From Schizochytrium sp. TIO01 (lineage: Eukaryota; Protista; Bigyra: Labyrinthulomycetes): 64,000 bases of DNA. The stretch is taken from NCBI GenBank assembly GCA_004764695.1, contig SMSO01000037.1, forward strand, positions 2,394,747-2,458,746. The letters are read 5' to 3'. The notes under the pieces are model-generated. The model made no database searches. It had not been told where the DNA came from and saw only the letters and a list, made by a program, of their open reading frames with translations. This document shows, one piece after another, positions 62,947 through 64,000 of this stretch. Within the stretch, counting starts at the first letter, position 1. Every line of letters starts with the position of its first letter. A program made the position numbers and the translations under genes.

Positions 62947-63714
62947 TCACTCGAGAAAGGGTCGGTGCTTCAGCGCCAAAATATGAGTTTTCACGACGTC
63001 TGCGTTAGCCGTATGTGAGAGTGGAATGCAGATGCTTTCTGCTAGCTCGAATTCATTACAGTACCTTTCAAAGAGCTCTCGTTTCTCTAGCCATGAAACA
63101 CTGCTCAGAATCTCAGAAGACTCAAGAGCATGGCCCATGAGTTCAACAGCTTGCTCCATTTCCTTCAGGAATTTACTTTTGATTTCAAACAAAGTCTCCT
63201 CTGCCTGAAAAACCGTGCCAGGAACTAGAGGCTTTACTACACTCACTTCCTCCAGTTGCTTCTGCTCAACACTCCGAAGCTGCTGTTGTTTCTGAACTTC
63301 TTCAATTCCAATGCGATCAACGCCTCCCAGCTGCGTCGAGAACTTCGCAGGTAAGCTCAAAGTTGGTTGCATATGCGGCTTTTGAAATTGTGTTGCCTGG
63401 CTACTCAAAAGTCCATGCCAAGCCTCCAAAGCCTGCACTAAATTTTGCTGTGCTACGTCAAAACTGGAGATCTGCTGCTTAAACAAGCGGGAACCAGATG
63501 CGTGTTTGCGCGACACTGGCCTTCCCGCGCTCCCGTTTGGCTCACTCGGAGCCGTGGACCGGTTTGAGGCCACCGATTTCGCCGACTTCGAAGATCGGTT
63601 AGATTTGGCTGATGCCTGTTGCGCTGTCGGAATCCTTTGCTGCGAAGGTTTCTTCTTTGACTTTGACTTGCTACCGCCTGGCCGCCGCGCCGAGCCTCCA
63701 CGAGGTGTGTTCAT
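62947..63714 (-). CDS. 255-aa protein, probably CINP-like (CDK2-interacting protein / 55LCC adaptor family), with a basic disordered N-terminus
   Basis: Intact ORF with GCG ATG start. The C-terminal ELFERYCNEFELAESICIPLSHTANADVVKTHILALKHRPFLE aligns without gaps to the human CINP C-terminus as I recall it (pattern L-E-Y--E--L...L-HT---D...H-P--E). The CDS itself is fairly certain; the family call is tentative. Confidence 0.6.
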   Translation of the reverse strand: MNTPRGGSARRPGGSKSKSKKKPSQQRIPTAQQASAKSNRSSKSAKSVASNRSTAPSEPNGSAGRPVSRKHASGSRLFKQQISSFDVAQQNLVQALEAWHGLLSSQATQFQKPHMQPTLSLPAKFSTQLGGVDRIGIEEVQKQQQLRSVEQKQLEEVSVVKPLVPGTVFQAEETLFEIKSKFLKEMEQAVELMGHALESSEILSSVSWLEKRELFERYCNEFELAESICIPLSHTANADVVKTHILALKHRPFLE

Positions 63715-64000
63715 CGCTGCCTATGTTCGCAACCCTCCAAAGCCTGTTTGATGTGGGCTTCTTCGCCTCGTTTTCGTAGGACCACAAAATAAAGTATTTG
63801 TCATAAACTTAATCATCATATGATGCTACTAAATAATATGTACTAACCCTGGATTAGTATTACCCTCTAGATATAATATTTTTTAATGATGGTCCATGTA
63901 CTAGGAATGAGGACTTTTGATCCGTTCACACACTAGGAGCGGGAACGCGATGCATGTTTACCCTTCGGTTCGTATTCTCGGCATAAGAACTGGAGGACTG

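Noticed and set aside
1-64000. tRNA, rRNA, snoRNA and intact transposon search by eye
   Set aside because: GTTCGA-like and RTGATGA-like words occur but without cloverleaf or C/D stem context, and no RT or transposase ORF is present. An Infernal or tRNAscan run would be needed to exclude small RNAs.

Overview
Eukaryotic nuclear DNA, not prokaryotic. Long, apparently intronless ORFs, Kozak-like starts, poly-Q tracts, PTxAPT stalk repeats and dense short microsatellites suggest a stramenopile protist, probably a thraustochytrid (inference from sequence style, not a database result). The left part (1-37.7 kb) is a gene desert with no credible protein-coding ORF. It consists of GC-rich microsatellite islands separated by A/T-rich walls and ends at a five-finger poly-Q C2H2 zinc-finger transcription factor (37740-39044). 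The right part is gene-dense: a ~990-aa coiled-coil protein, a type I membrane protein with a PQQ/BamB-like beta-propeller, NAF1, mitochondrial class II fumarase, a CocE/NonD hydrolase and a probable CINP-like protein. The most interesting candidate system is a metazoan-style regulatory landscape around the zinc-finger gene. The desert holds two near-perfect matches to the site predicted from the protein's own finger residues (possible autoregulation), a cryptic exon with textbook splice signals, and small motif clusters. No rRNA, tRNA, CRISPR array or intact mobile element could be supported.
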